Source: Phyllobates terribilis (Eukaryota). From it: DNA of 64,000 nucleotides. The position numbers and the translations under genes were made by a program. Below the pieces are notes generated by a model. It did no database searches. It saw only the letters and a program-made list of their open reading frames with translations, and was not told where the DNA came from. The first letter of the stretch is position 1. The number at the start of each line of letters is the position of its first letter. This document shows, one piece after another, positions 12,001 to 21,940 of this stretch. The stretch spans positions 256,308,001-256,372,000 of the forward strand of contig NW_027362767.1 of NCBI RefSeq assembly GCF_046119375.1. Direction: 5' to 3'.

Positions 12001-15000
12001 GTGCATGTCAGACCAAATGAGAATCATGAGCTTAAAAGGAACTGACCAAGGAGCTCAGAGACAGAATTGTAGCAAGACACAGATCTGGCCAAGGTTACAA
12101 AAGAATTTCCAGCATTACGCAAGGTTCCTAAGAGCACAGTGGCCTCCATAATCCTTAAATGGAAGAAGTTTGGGACCACCAGAAGTCTTCCTAGACCTGG
12201 CCGTCGAGCCAAACTGAGCAATCGAGGGAGAAAAGCCTTGGTGAGAGAGGTAAAGAAGAACCCCAAGATCACTGTGGTTGAACTCCAGAGATGCAATAGG
12301 GAGATAGTTGACTTTGTGGAACTTTCTCCCATCACTGCAGCCCTCCACCAGTTGGGCCTTTATGGCAGAGTGGCCCGACGAAAGCCTCTCCTCAGTGCAA
12401 GACATATAAAAGCCCGCATAGAGTTTGCTCAAAAACATATGAAGGACTCCCAGACTATGAGAAATAAGATTCTCTGGTCTGATCAGACGAAGATAGAACT
12501 TTTTGGTGATGATTCTAAGTGGTATGTGTGGAGAAAACCAGGCACTGCTCATCAAATGCCCAATACAATCCTAACAGTGAAACATGGTGGTGGCAGCATC
12601 AAGCTATGGGGGTGTTTTTCATCTGCAGGGACAGGACGACTGGTTGCAATTGAAGGAAACATGAATGCAGCCAAGTACAGAGATATCCTGGATGAAAACC
12701 TCTTCCAGAGTGCTTGGGACCTCAGACTTGGCCGAAGGTTCACCTTCCAACAAGACAATGACCCTAAGCACACAGCTAAAATAACAAAGGAATGGTTTCA
12801 GAACAAATCTGTGACCATTCTTGGTTGGCCCAGCCAGAGCCCTGACCTAAACCCAATTGAGCAACTCTGGAGAGACCTGAAAATGGCTGTCCACCAACGT
12901 TCACCATCCAACCTGACGGAACTGGAGAGGATCTGCAAGGAAGAATGGCAGAGGATCCCCAAATCCAGGTGTGAAAAACGTGTTGCATCATTCCCAAGAA
13001 GACTCATGGCTGTACTAGCTCAAAAGGGTTCTTCTACTTAATACTGAGCAAAGGGTCTGAATACTTATGACCATGTGATATTTCAGTTTCTCTATTTTAA
13101 TACATTTGCAAAAATTTCTACATTTCCGTTTTTTTTTCAGTCAAGATGGGGTGCAGAGTGTACTTTAATGAGAAAAAAAATGAACTTTTTAGAATTTACC
13201 AAATGGCTGCAATGAAACAAAGAGTGAAAAATTTAAAGGAGTCTGAATACTTTCCGTACCCACTGTACTGCCCCTTGCAGAAAATGACGCCACTCTTCAA
13301 AAGTACATTTAATTGCCAAGAGCTGCATGGGTTCCACAGTAGATTCAGTCCCAGATTCCCTTGACTCCATGTCCCCCGCAAATAGGAGTGTCTCCTTAGG
13401 TCTCTGACGAAGACATCGGTCCACCCGGATGGCCAGAGCAAAGGCCGCCTCCAGGAAGACCGGGGACTCATGTAGGGCAAAAGCATCCTTTACCCTTACC
13501 AATAGCCCATGAATGAACTGGCCACGGAGTGCGGGGTCATTTCACTTAGTGTCTGTGGACCACCTCCGAAGCTCGGAGCAATACTCCTCTGTTGGCCGGT
13601 CTCCCTGCCGAAGCTGACGTAGTGTGGACTCGACCAGGCAGACACGGTCGGGGTGATCGTATATGTGACCTAATGCCTGAAGAAATTCCTCAACCGTCTG
13701 TAGAATGCCTACACTTACTTTACCTTCTTTACCAAGTGCAGATCTTCAACAAGCATCCGCTCCCCCTGCATCAACTCGAAGATCACCTGTAGGATACATT
13801 ATATGAGACCGCCGTCATATAATACACAGGGGCAGTACTATATTATAGGGTAATAATGTGCACAGTGTGTTTTACAGTTCAGCACCTCTTGCCTCTTAAT
13901 ATCTCGGGCGGACAATTCCTCCCCAGTGCTGTCAAATGTTTCGCTCCACAGTTTGTTGCTTCTCTTTTTTGCAGAGCCGCCATCTCTGTTCCGTGTCCGT
14001 GGAGAGAAGCTGAACAGGCGGTTCTCGTTCCGGCTACCTATGGAGCGCTGTACGGATGTATAGGGGAGAATGTGGATCAATTCATAAGACATTTCCCACC
14101 CCATAACAATTGCAGATATGCCCCCCATTACCTGGATTGACAGGCTGAGCTTCTTCAGGGGAGTGACTTTCACTTGTTGGGGGGTGCTGGACGCAGACAA
14201 CGTTTTGGTAACAGGTTTAACCCTCTTGTTGCTGGGCTCCTGCAGGGGTGATAAAATACAATGCTTATTGCTTCCTACAATGGACACCCTTTTTCCCCCC
14301 TCAGTTATTATGTACAGTGCTGCTCACCAATATTGGCACCCCTTCATTTTTTTCATAGACTGTACAATATCTTCAGAAATAAATGGAAATGTACCAAAGT
14401 TATATCCTCAGGATTTTTTAATTAATGGTCCAAAAGTAACAATAAAATGTTGTTTTCCAACTTTCATGCTGAAATTTCAAAGAAAAAAACTGAATAAACA
14501 CCATGTGCAGCAATAAAGGCACCGCTAATTAATACTAGGCTGCACACCCTTTGGCATTGATGACAGTCTCCAAACGTTTCTTGTAGCCATCTATAAAGCT
14601 TCTTGTAATTCTCAGCTGGAATTTTCTCCCACTCTTCCTTTGCAGTTTGTTCAAGCTCTTGAATGTTTGCAGAGTTCTTTTTCCCAATGGCAGATTTCAG
14701 CCCACCCCAAAGATTTTCAATGGGATTGAGGTCAGGACTCATTGCTGACCATTTTAAACAGTCCATTTTTTTCTTTTTCAACCATTACTGTGTACTTTTG
14801 GATGTGTGCTTTGGGTCATTGTCTTGCTGGAGGACCTATGATCTTAGACTCCAACCAAGTTTTCTTACACTGGGTAGGAAATTTCTCTCTAAAATTCTCT
14901 GATTTCATGATTCCTGTGATACGGTCAAGGCCTCCAGTACCAGATGCAGCAAAGCAACCGCACAGCATTATGGATCCTCCACCATGCTTAACTGTTAGTA

Positions 15001-18000
15001 AGCTGTTGTTTTCCGTATAAGCTTCATTGCGCCTGTTGCTTTGAAATGACAAAAAGCTCTATTTTTGTTTCATCTGTTCACAGAACATTTTCCAAGAAGG
15101 ATTGTGGTTTGTTAAGGTACTTTTTGGCAAAGATCAGTTGCTCCTTTTCATGTCTTTTCTTCCGCAATGGTTTCTTCCTTGTCCTTCGCCTATGAATCTC
15201 TGCTTGGTTTAGTGATCTGCGTATGCTACTTGTTGAAATCATGACCCCAGACTGTTCCAGGTTGGCCTTCAGGTCTTTGGATGTTTGATGTGGTGTTTTT
15301 TTCCACCATTCGCACCAATCTTCAAAAACAATTGTCAATTTTCCTCATTCACCCACGTCCAGGGGGGTTCTTGATGGGTCCATGCTTGGCAAACTTCTTA
15401 ATAACATTGCGCACTGTTGAAAATGGGATACCAAGGTCTATGGAGATGGCCTCATACCCTTTGGAAATCTTGTGTGTGCTAATAATAGCAGTTCTGATGT
15501 CCTCAGACAGCTCCTTTGTCTTCACCATTGTGACAAAGGAACAGGGCCTACCATGTGGCTTTTTAAAACACTGAAGTCATCATTCATTGGCCAATTCATG
15601 TCACATGGGCACCGACAATTAATCACAGGAGAGTCTCTTGTGATTTACCACCACAGGCGAGTCAAAATGTGTTTCCATACTAAATTAATGTAAAGGGTGC
15701 CAATACCAGTGTCACAGCAAGCTTTAGGTTTTTTGTATTTTCCCCTCCTATTGCTTTTTGTTTTAAAATTATTGTTTATCATTTGCTCTTTTGTATTTAA
15801 CACGTGAGCTCTATACAAAAAAAACTTTCACTTGATTCATTTTTTTTTTTTTCAGGAGATATTCCACATTATGTACTTAAACTTCATGGGTGTCAATAAT
15901 GATGAGCAGGACTGTATAATACAAATGTCCATGGACCCTTGGAGATCAGGTCCCGGTGGTAGCCTGTGTACCCACTGCTATAGCGTGTACATACCACAAC
16001 ATGTAAGGCGCGGGCTCCACACGGATCTGTTATAACATCCACTGCTGGTTACAGTAGTGTCACTATTGTAACGCTGTCACACCGAGCCCTCACCCATGAG
16101 GATTTTAGCATTTTACAGCCAAAGAAGGCATAAGTTATAGGTTTCCAATATGTGGCACTTACGCTCTTACAAAACTGCAACACAGGCTATCAGGGCATGC
16201 TGGGAATTGTAGTTTTGCACAGATCGGAGGCATAAAGGTGAGGCATAACTAACAAAGTCCATCAGCTCTGCCAGTCATATACACAAGATGGCTCACAGCT
16301 TGAGTAATGCAGTAAGTCTCTGGCTTCTTCATCTTAGACATTAGGAGGAGGATGTGGTTTTAAGGTTTCCAACGAGTGCGAAAGTAATCATCATACAGGA
16401 AGTCCCAGAATCAGCCGAGACGCCCATAGTACAGCTCAGCAGGGATGGCAATGATAATATGGAGGCCGCCAACCAGCCGCATTACACAATGCACTATATG
16501 GCGGATTCCACCTTCAGGAAACATTAGCTTGTAAGTTTGTACAATCATCCCAGCCATCTCTGCCAACTCGTCCTCCCCCCCGGACCTCAACCGCCATAGG
16601 GAAGTATTCAAGGACGTGACCCCCCATAAATATGGCCACCTGGAAGATCAGAGGCGGCCAGACATCACTGGTGCCACTTATCTCAGGGAAAAATGGATTA
16701 GATAGGCAAAAACTACCTGAGCCATGTCCCCTGAAACGGAAAGGGGAAGGGGCACCCTGTACCCAGCAATAATGAATAAAGAAAGGGCTAATGATGCAGA
16801 CCCCAGACCTCGGTGCACTCACCTTCTCCTCCGTTACCTGGGCCGGAGCTCGCGCCCCCTGATTCCTCCTCTTCAGCTGCAAACGAAAGACAGAAATTAC
16901 TAAAGGGGTTTAAGTATAACACAAAAGGCTTAGATACACTGACTCAGCATACAGTATCACATAGGAAAGGCTTAGATACCCCAGCTCGGCACACAGTATC
17001 ACATAGGAAAGGCTTAGATACCCCTGCTCAGCATACAGTATCACATAGGAAAGGCTTAGATCCCCCCGCTCAGCATACAGTATCACACAGGAAAGGCTTA
17101 GATCCCCCCGCTCAGCATACAGCATCACATAGGAAAGGCTTAGATCCCCCCGCTCAGCATACAGTATCACACAGGAAAGGCTTAGATCCCCCCGCTCAGC
17201 ATACAGCATCACATAGGAAAGGCTTAGATCCCCCCGCTCAGCATACAGCATCACATAGGAAAGGCTTAGATCCCCCCGCTCAGCATACAGTATCACACAG
17301 GAAAGGCTTAGATCCCCCCGCTCAGCATACAGCATCACATAGGAAAGGCTTAGATCCCCCCGCTCAGCATCATACAGTATCACACAGGAAAGGCTTAGAT
17401 ACCCCCGCTCAGCAAAGAATATGACAGAGGAAAGGCTCACACTATGTGCAGAATTATTAGGAGCTTGTTTTCCTCAGGCAAAATAAGCCCAAAAAATTCG
17501 ATTTTCCTGACTCTGAAAAGTCACCAATTGCTCTCAGTCTTAGAGGACACAGCCTGGAATTGCTCAGATATTGGGGCGATCACAGAACCAGGAAAAGCTT
17601 TGTTGCAAATGGTCAATAGGGAGCAAAAACGTGTTAGATTAACTGCAAAAGATAAGAGAAGAATCAGATGTGAAGCAACAAAGAGCCATTATCCTCCCGA
17701 GCTGCCATATTCCAGAACTGCAACCTCTCTGGAGGACAGAAGTACAAGGTGTTCAGTGCTCAGAGACACGGCCGAGGTGAGGAGGCTGAGCTCGACCACC
17801 CCTGAGCAAGACACAGAAGTACAAGGTGTTCAATGCTCAAAATCATGGACGAGGTGAGGAGGCTGAGCCCGACCACCACTGAGCAAGACATAGAAGAGGA
17901 AACGTCAGGACGGGGCGAGGAGATGTCTGATAGATTGCTTACAGGTTTTATGGACTGATGAGTTGAGTGACTCTGAACGGAGCAGATGGATGGGCCGTGG

Positions 18001-21000
18001 CTGGATCAGCTGTGGGCACAGACCCCCACTTCCACTCAGACGCCAGCAAGATGGAGGTGGAGTCTCCTATGGGTTGGGATTATTAAAGAGGAGCTCATTG
18101 GACCTTTTAGGGTTGAAGATGGACTCAAAATCCACTCCCAAACCTACTGCCAGTTTTTAGAAGACACTTTCTTCTAGCAGTGGTTCTGGAAAATCCTGAT
18201 ACTTCTGCTGTACAATGCTCCATCGAGCATCAAAATCTCCACTGCTTGGTGCCAGTATTGGCCTTAAAAATGGAAGAATAATGACCCGGCCTAGTCCTCA
18301 CTCGACAAACCCTATGGAGAAATTGTGGGCCTTCTGACACAGGAGATTTACAGTGAAGGAGAACAGTCCCTGTCTGAGCAGTGTCTGGGGCTGTGGTTGG
18401 TGCTGCCCAAAATGATGATTGTCGACTGATGAAGAAGCGGGGACAGACGTCATGGGTGGAAGGTTAATGACTTATTGAAGAGTGGGGCAGCTATATTACT
18501 ATATTGGTCACAGATTTTTTGGGGGAAATGTCAGATATATATTTTGTACATATTGAGTATAAACAAACAATTGAGATGGTAAAATGTCTGTTTTTCATTT
18601 AGATGCATAATAATACTGCACACAGAGATATTCTCCTAAGAAAGAAAAAAAAACACTTTTACTTTCTTAAATATTCAGGTTTATTAACTTTTGGACTGAC
18701 AGACAGCCCTGCAATTGTGCAATAATAAAAGTAATCATCAAAAATACAAATTGCTTAATAATTGTGCACACAGTGTGAATAAATCCCTCAGCACCGTACG
18801 TGACATCGGCCAGGCTTAGGTGCCCCCACTCAGCACCGTACGACATCGGCCAGGCTTAGGTGCCCCCACTCAGCACCGTACGTGACATCGGCCAGGCTTA
18901 GGTGCCCCCACTCAGCACCGTACGACATCGGCCAGGCTTAGGTGCCCCCACTCAGCACCGTACGACATCGGCCAGGCTTAGGTGCCCCCACTCAGCACCG
19001 TACGACATCGGCCAGGCTTAGGTGCCCCCACTCAGCACCGTACGACATCGGCCAGGCTTAGGTGCTCCCACTCAGCACCGTACGACATCGGCCAGGCTTA
19101 GGTGCCCCCACTCAGCACCGTACGACATCGGCCAGGCTTAGGTGCCCCCACTCAGCACCGTACGACATCGGCCAGGCTTAGGTGCCCCCACTCAGCACCG
19201 TACGACATCGGCCAGGCTTAGGTGCCCCCACTCAGCACCGTACGACATCGGCCAGGCTTAGGTGCCCCCACTCAGCACAGTATCACATTGGCCAGGCTTA
19301 GATACCCCCACTCAGCACAGTATCACATTGGCCAGGCTTAGATACCCCCACTCAGCACAGCATCACATTGGCCAGGCTTAGATACCCCCACTCAGCACAG
19401 TATCACATTAGCCAGGCTTAGATAGCCCACTAAGCACAGTATCACATTGGCCAGGCTTAGGTAATAATATAATAATAATTTTTATTTTATAGCGCCAACA
19501 TATTCTGCAGCACTTTACAAATTTTAGGGGGACTTATACAGACAATACAGAATAAGCATATCTCATATCGAAAGGAGTGAGGGCCCTGCTCACAAGCTTA
19601 CAGTCTATGAGGAAATGGGGGAGACACAAAAGGTAAAAAGTACATATATTGTATAATGCAGCCTTGATATACTAAATAGGATAAATAATACATGGACAGG
19701 TCGCCTGCCAGTATGTGTACAGTCCTGACAGAGGCTATTAAGTGCATGGTTGGTATGAACCTGAAATTGAAGATTTTAATATGGGGGAAAACTGGGACGG
19801 ACAGATAGTGTGTGGAGGCGATACGCCAGTCTAAAGAAATGGGTTTTTAGGGTCCACTTGAAACTGTGGGTATTGGGAATTAATCGAACTGTCCTGGGTA
19901 GTGCATTCCAAAGAATTGGCGCAGCACGCGAGAAATCTTGGAGATGGGAGTGGGAAGTTCGGATTATGGAGGATTTTAGTTTTAAGTCACTGGCAGAACG
20001 GAGGGCACGTGTAGGGTGGTAGACTGAGACAAGGGAGGAGATGTAGGGGGGTACTGAAGCATGGAGCGCTTTGTGGGTAAGCGTGATAAGTTTAAATTGA
20101 ACTCTATATTGGATGGGCAACCAATGCAATGACTGGCACAGGGAAGAGGCATCGGTGTAGCGGTTGGCGAGGAATATGATCCTGGCTGCTGCGTTAAGGA
20201 CGGATTGGAGAGGGGAAAGTTTAGTAAGAGGGAGACCGATAAGTAGAGAGTTGCAGTAGTCCAGATGGGAATGAATAAGAGCTACAGTAAGAGTCAAAGG
20301 TGAGAAAAGTCCTGATTCTTGAGATGTTGAGGCGTAGATGACATGAACAAGCGATTTGATGTGAGGAGTGAAGGAAAGATCTGAATCAAAAATTACCCCA
20401 AGACAGCGGGCTTGTTGCTGGGGAGTAATGGTTGAGCCACAAACGGAAATGGCAATATCGGGCACAGGTAGGTTAGTGGAGGGAGGAAAGACGAGTAGTT
20501 CAGTTTTAGACAGAGGGAGGACATAATGTTAGACACAGCAGAAAGACAATCACTGGTCTTTTGTAGTAATGCAGGGGTGATGTCCAGAGCAGAGGTGTAT
20601 AATTGGGTGCCATCAGCATAGAGATGGTACTGAAAACCGAATCTGCTAATTGTTTTTCCAATGGGAGCGGTGTATAAGGAGAAAAGAAGGGGGCCTAGGA
20701 CTGATCCTTGAGGAACCCCGACAGTAAGGGGAAGGAGAGAGGAGGAGGAGCCGGCAAAAGACACAGAAGGAGCGGTCAGAGAGATAGGAGGAGAACCAGG
20801 AGAGAACAGTGTCCTTGAGGCCAATAGTGCGGAGCATAGTGAGGAGGAGCTGGTGATCCACTGTTTCAAATGCTGCAGAGATCCAGGAGAATCACACTAA
20901 GCACAGTATCACATTGGCCAGGCTTAGGTACCCCCACTAAGCACAGTATCACATTGGCCAGGCTTAGGTACCCCCACTAAGCACAGTAGGACACTAACCA

Positions 21001-21070
21001 CAGGACACTTACCCCGGAGCTCTCAGACAGGGAGCCGGTGGTGTAGGAGCGCTCTCTCTGCACAGGAGCC
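32..21070 (-). CDS. ARHGEF3/NET1-family Rho guanine nucleotide exchange factor (ARHGEF3-like), partial: 3' part runs off the window, first coding exon not resolved
   Basis: Minus-strand exons with GT-AG sites and matching phases: 21013-21070 ([19 protein letters not shown]), 16823-16876 ([18 protein letters not shown]), 14132-14239 (EPSNKRVKP...KKLSLSIQ), 13886-14047 (RSIG...KLWSETFD...IKRQE), 13724-13786 (VIFELMQGE...LVKK), 9171-9267 ([22 protein letters not shown]...), 32-108 (DLFDRL...GPTMLDW). These match recalled ARHGEF3/NET1 motifs [27 protein letters not shown] and YHDPMLKLSIMTEQELNQIFG (start of the DH domain). The two most 5' exons rest on splice sites and phase only. Confidence 0.88.
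345..727. repeat. Imperfect TACAC/ATAC-type low-complexity microsatellite
   Basis: Run of tacacat/catatac-like motifs; it explains the His/Thr/Tyr/Ile ORFs at 323-803. Confidence 0.85.
728..1248. mobile_element. Non-autonomous Tc1 derivative (internally deleted)
   Basis: TIR CAGTGGGGAAAATAAGTATTTGATACACT at both ends with longer imperfect subterminal inverted repeats; flanking TA at 726-727 and 1249-1250; no transposase. Confidence 0.85.
1256..1760 (+). mobile_element. Probable solo LTR (Gypsy-like)
   Basis: TGTA...TACA termini, ATAT on both flanks (1252-1255, 1761-1764), internal TATAAAA near 1462 and AATAAA near 1687. The TSD is weak evidence in AT-repeat context. Confidence 0.55.
2089..3102 (-). 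CDS. Intact Tc1-type transposase, 337 aa, DD35E catalytic spacing
   Basis: Open from [10 protein letters not shown] (ATG 3100-3102) to the stop at 2089-2091. It has an N-terminal paired-like HTH with GRPRK and catalytic FSDESPF / FQHDGAP / NPIENLW; I count 35 residues between the second D and the E. Confidence 0.9.
   Translation of the reverse strand: MVISKETRAAIIALHKNGLTGKSIAATKIAPQSTIYRIIKNFKERASIVVKKAPGRPRKTSQRQDRILKLFQLRDRTTSSAELAQEWQQAGVSASARTVRRRLFEQGLVSRRAAKKPLLSRKNIRDRLIFGKRYREWTAEDWGKVIFSDESPFRLFGTSGKQLIRRRGERYHQSCLMPTVKHPETIHVWGCFSAKGIGSLTVLPKNTAMNKEWYQNVLQEQLLPTVQKQFGAQQCLFQHDGAPCHKAKVITKWLMEQNIDILGPWPGNSPDLNPIENLWSIIKRRVDKQKPTNSGKMQALIMQEWTAISQDLVQKLIESMPGRITEVLKKKGQHCKY
3171..4574 (+). 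mobile_element. Gypsy solo LTR (about 1.4 kb) inside the DD35E transposon
   Basis: TGTAACA...ATAACA termini; exact 5-bp TSD ATTCT (3166-3170, 4575-4579); TATA-like TATATAG near 3393; internal tandem repeats at about 3490-3680. Confidence 0.88.
5224..5440. other. Assembly gap (N run)
   Basis: Run of N. Confidence 1.
5441..7060 (-). mobile_element. Tc1-superfamily transposon, DD38E (Intruder-type), frameshifted
   Basis: Long TIRs (left end clipped by the gap, right end ...GGTCTGTGCTG at 7060). Transposase pieces in ORFs 5597-5785 and 5772-6542; motif [42 protein letters not shown] gives 38-residue spacing; a small duplication near 5800-5820 breaks the frame. Confidence 0.88.
7079..8698 (-). 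mobile_element. Tc1 (DD34E) with about 200-bp TIRs, degenerate; same family as 24110-25745
   Basis: Right TIR ends ...GAGCACAACTG followed by TA (8699-8700); left TIR lacks its first ~10 nt; transposase fragments on the minus strand (e.g. [19 protein letters not shown]). Confidence 0.88.
9322..13697 (-). mobile_element. Degenerate Gypsy chromovirus remnant (3' LTR 9322-10006, PPT, chromodomain, integrase, RNase H end, gag fragment), interrupted by a Tc1
   Basis: LTR TGTCA...GTGACA next to a polypurine tract (gtaccccc on the plus strand at 10007). Minus ORFs 10054-10506 ([10 protein letters not shown] chromodomain), 10591-11220 (integrase [22 protein letters not shown]) and 11372-11626 (RNase H ITDQKNL); gag-like peptide at about 13290-13697 ([16 protein letters not shown]...LRQGDRP). 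Confidence 0.85.
11638..13265 (+). mobile_element. Tc1 (DD34E), Passport/Sleeping Beauty-like, near full length
   Basis: TIR CAGTGGGTA(T/C)GGAAAGTATTCAGAC, TA TSD (11636-11637, 13266-13267). ORF 12139-13041 has [19 protein letters not shown] and SPDLNPIE (34 spacing); the N-terminus is frameshifted. Confidence 0.92.
14315..15914 (-). mobile_element. Degenerate Tc1 (DD34E-like)
   Basis: Imperfect TIR CAGT(G/C)CTGCTCA(C/T)CA..ATTG(G/A)CACCC with TA flanks; transposase fragments ([21 protein letters not shown]; [15 protein letters not shown]). Confidence 0.85.
16920..17415 (+). repeat. Minisatellite, 42-bp unit (GGCTTAGATCCCCCCGCTCAGCATACAGTATCACATAGGAAA), about 12 copies
   Basis: Direct tandem repeats; they produce the 14-aa periodic ORFs at 16813-17424 and 16910-17440. 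Confidence 0.95.
17438..18777 (+). mobile_element. Degenerate Tc1-superfamily relic, probably DD37E (TRT-like)
   Basis: TIR CACACT(A/G)TGTGCA(G/C)AATTATTA at both ends. Peptide [34 protein letters not shown] resembles DD37E transposases as I recall them; the spacing cannot be counted directly because of deletions. Confidence 0.65.
18785..19460 (+). repeat. Minisatellite, 40-bp unit, same family as 16920-17415; CpG-rich variant block followed by a CpG-free block
   Basis: Units GGCTTAGGTGCCCCCACTCAGCACCGTACGACATCGGCCA, then GGCTTAGATACCCCCACTCAGCACAGTATCACATTGGCCA from about 19270. Confidence 0.95.
19462..20891 (-). mobile_element. 5'-truncated L2 (CR1-clade) LINE, RT domain to 3' end
   Basis: Minus-strand RT motifs [29 protein letters not shown] and [11 protein letters not shown]-terminal [13 protein letters not shown], and a 3' end GGCGCTATAAAATAAAA with an (ATT)n-like tail at about 19462-19500. 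Confidence 0.88.
20895..20990 (+). repeat. Continuation of the 40-bp minisatellite on the far side of the L2
   Basis: About two units of CTAAGCACAGTATCACATTGGCCAGGCTTAGGTACCCCCA, matching the last unit before the L2. Confidence 0.85.
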
Positions 21071-21299
21071 CTGTATGAGGAAGGAACAGAGTCACTCACA
21101 ATCCTAACCCTGCATTACATCAGTACAGTCACCAAAACCTGCGCAGACGAGTCCTCACAGAATCAGGACACGTCGTCACAGTTATAGTCAGACATGATAC
21201 TACTCCATAGTCTGTCATAATCCCGTCCTACCAGAAGTCCCCTTCATCCGCAGCTTCAGCTTTTCCGGTCAAGTCCATGGCCATTGCCTTGGGTCCCAT

Positions 21300-21530
21300 C
21301 AAGGATGGTGGATGGGCCTGGTTGTCATGGCAATTGCTGCTCCGTCACCCGCTCTGTGCCTCCTGTAGATCATCTCGTGAAGCTACTTTAGTGACATTTC
21401 CGCTGCCTCTGACCACATCTTCCTGTCATAGGTAGCTGTCAGTGTGGTCAGGCTCACGCATCACTTCCCGTAGCTTTGCTGTCGCCCGAGGGCGGTGGGC
21501 TGTCAGGCACTTCCTGACTTCAAGCAACAG
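21300..21530 (-). promoter_or_regulatory. Candidate promoter/first-exon region of the ARHGEF3-like gene
   Basis: Unique GC-rich stretch just upstream of the 58-bp exon, with ETS-like CACTTCC motifs (about 21462 and 21508) and GGGCGG. No in-phase ATG exon could be fixed. Confidence 0.35.
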
Positions 21531-21689
21531 CAGTATATGAAGTTACATGGCACAGAACTACTACCCCATCATCCCCACTACTCCTGAGTAGTAACATCGA
21601 TGTGACTCACACACACCACTGACAGGCTGAATGTAGGACATAGACATTGCTCAGCAGCAGTCAGGGGACCGCTGGGGTCACCTGGAGGA

Positions 21690-21940
21690 TTATGGGACCC
21701 CTCCAAGGATAATCATAATCTACTGCCCCAGACCATCTCTGACCACCGCCGGTCAGTCTGGATGATGTTGCCGGCAGCGTAACATTCACAGGTGCTCAGT
21801 GTGAATGTGCTCTCATTTGTGAAGGGAACGGCCCACTAATGGTGGACCTGCACAGTGCTGGGATGTGAACGCAGGTCCTACTATATGACATCAGTCCCTC
21901 CTGCCACCACCAGTCTGTTTCTGACAGTCTGGTCATGGAG
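21690..21940 (-). mobile_element. Old Tc1 transposase relic
   Basis: By-eye similarity to the internal region of the Tc1 at 62012-63525; no TIRs. Confidence 0.45.

Noticed and set aside
16813-17440. 203-aa and 176-aa periodic ORFs
   Set aside because: Translations of the 42-bp minisatellite.
21190-21440. Candidate ATG exons for the RhoGEF (e.g. MAMDLTGKAEAADEGTS with donor GTAGGA)
   Set aside because: Donor phase 1 is incompatible with the phase needed by the 58-bp exon (it leads to a stop in the next exon); the phase-2 alternative has no ATG.
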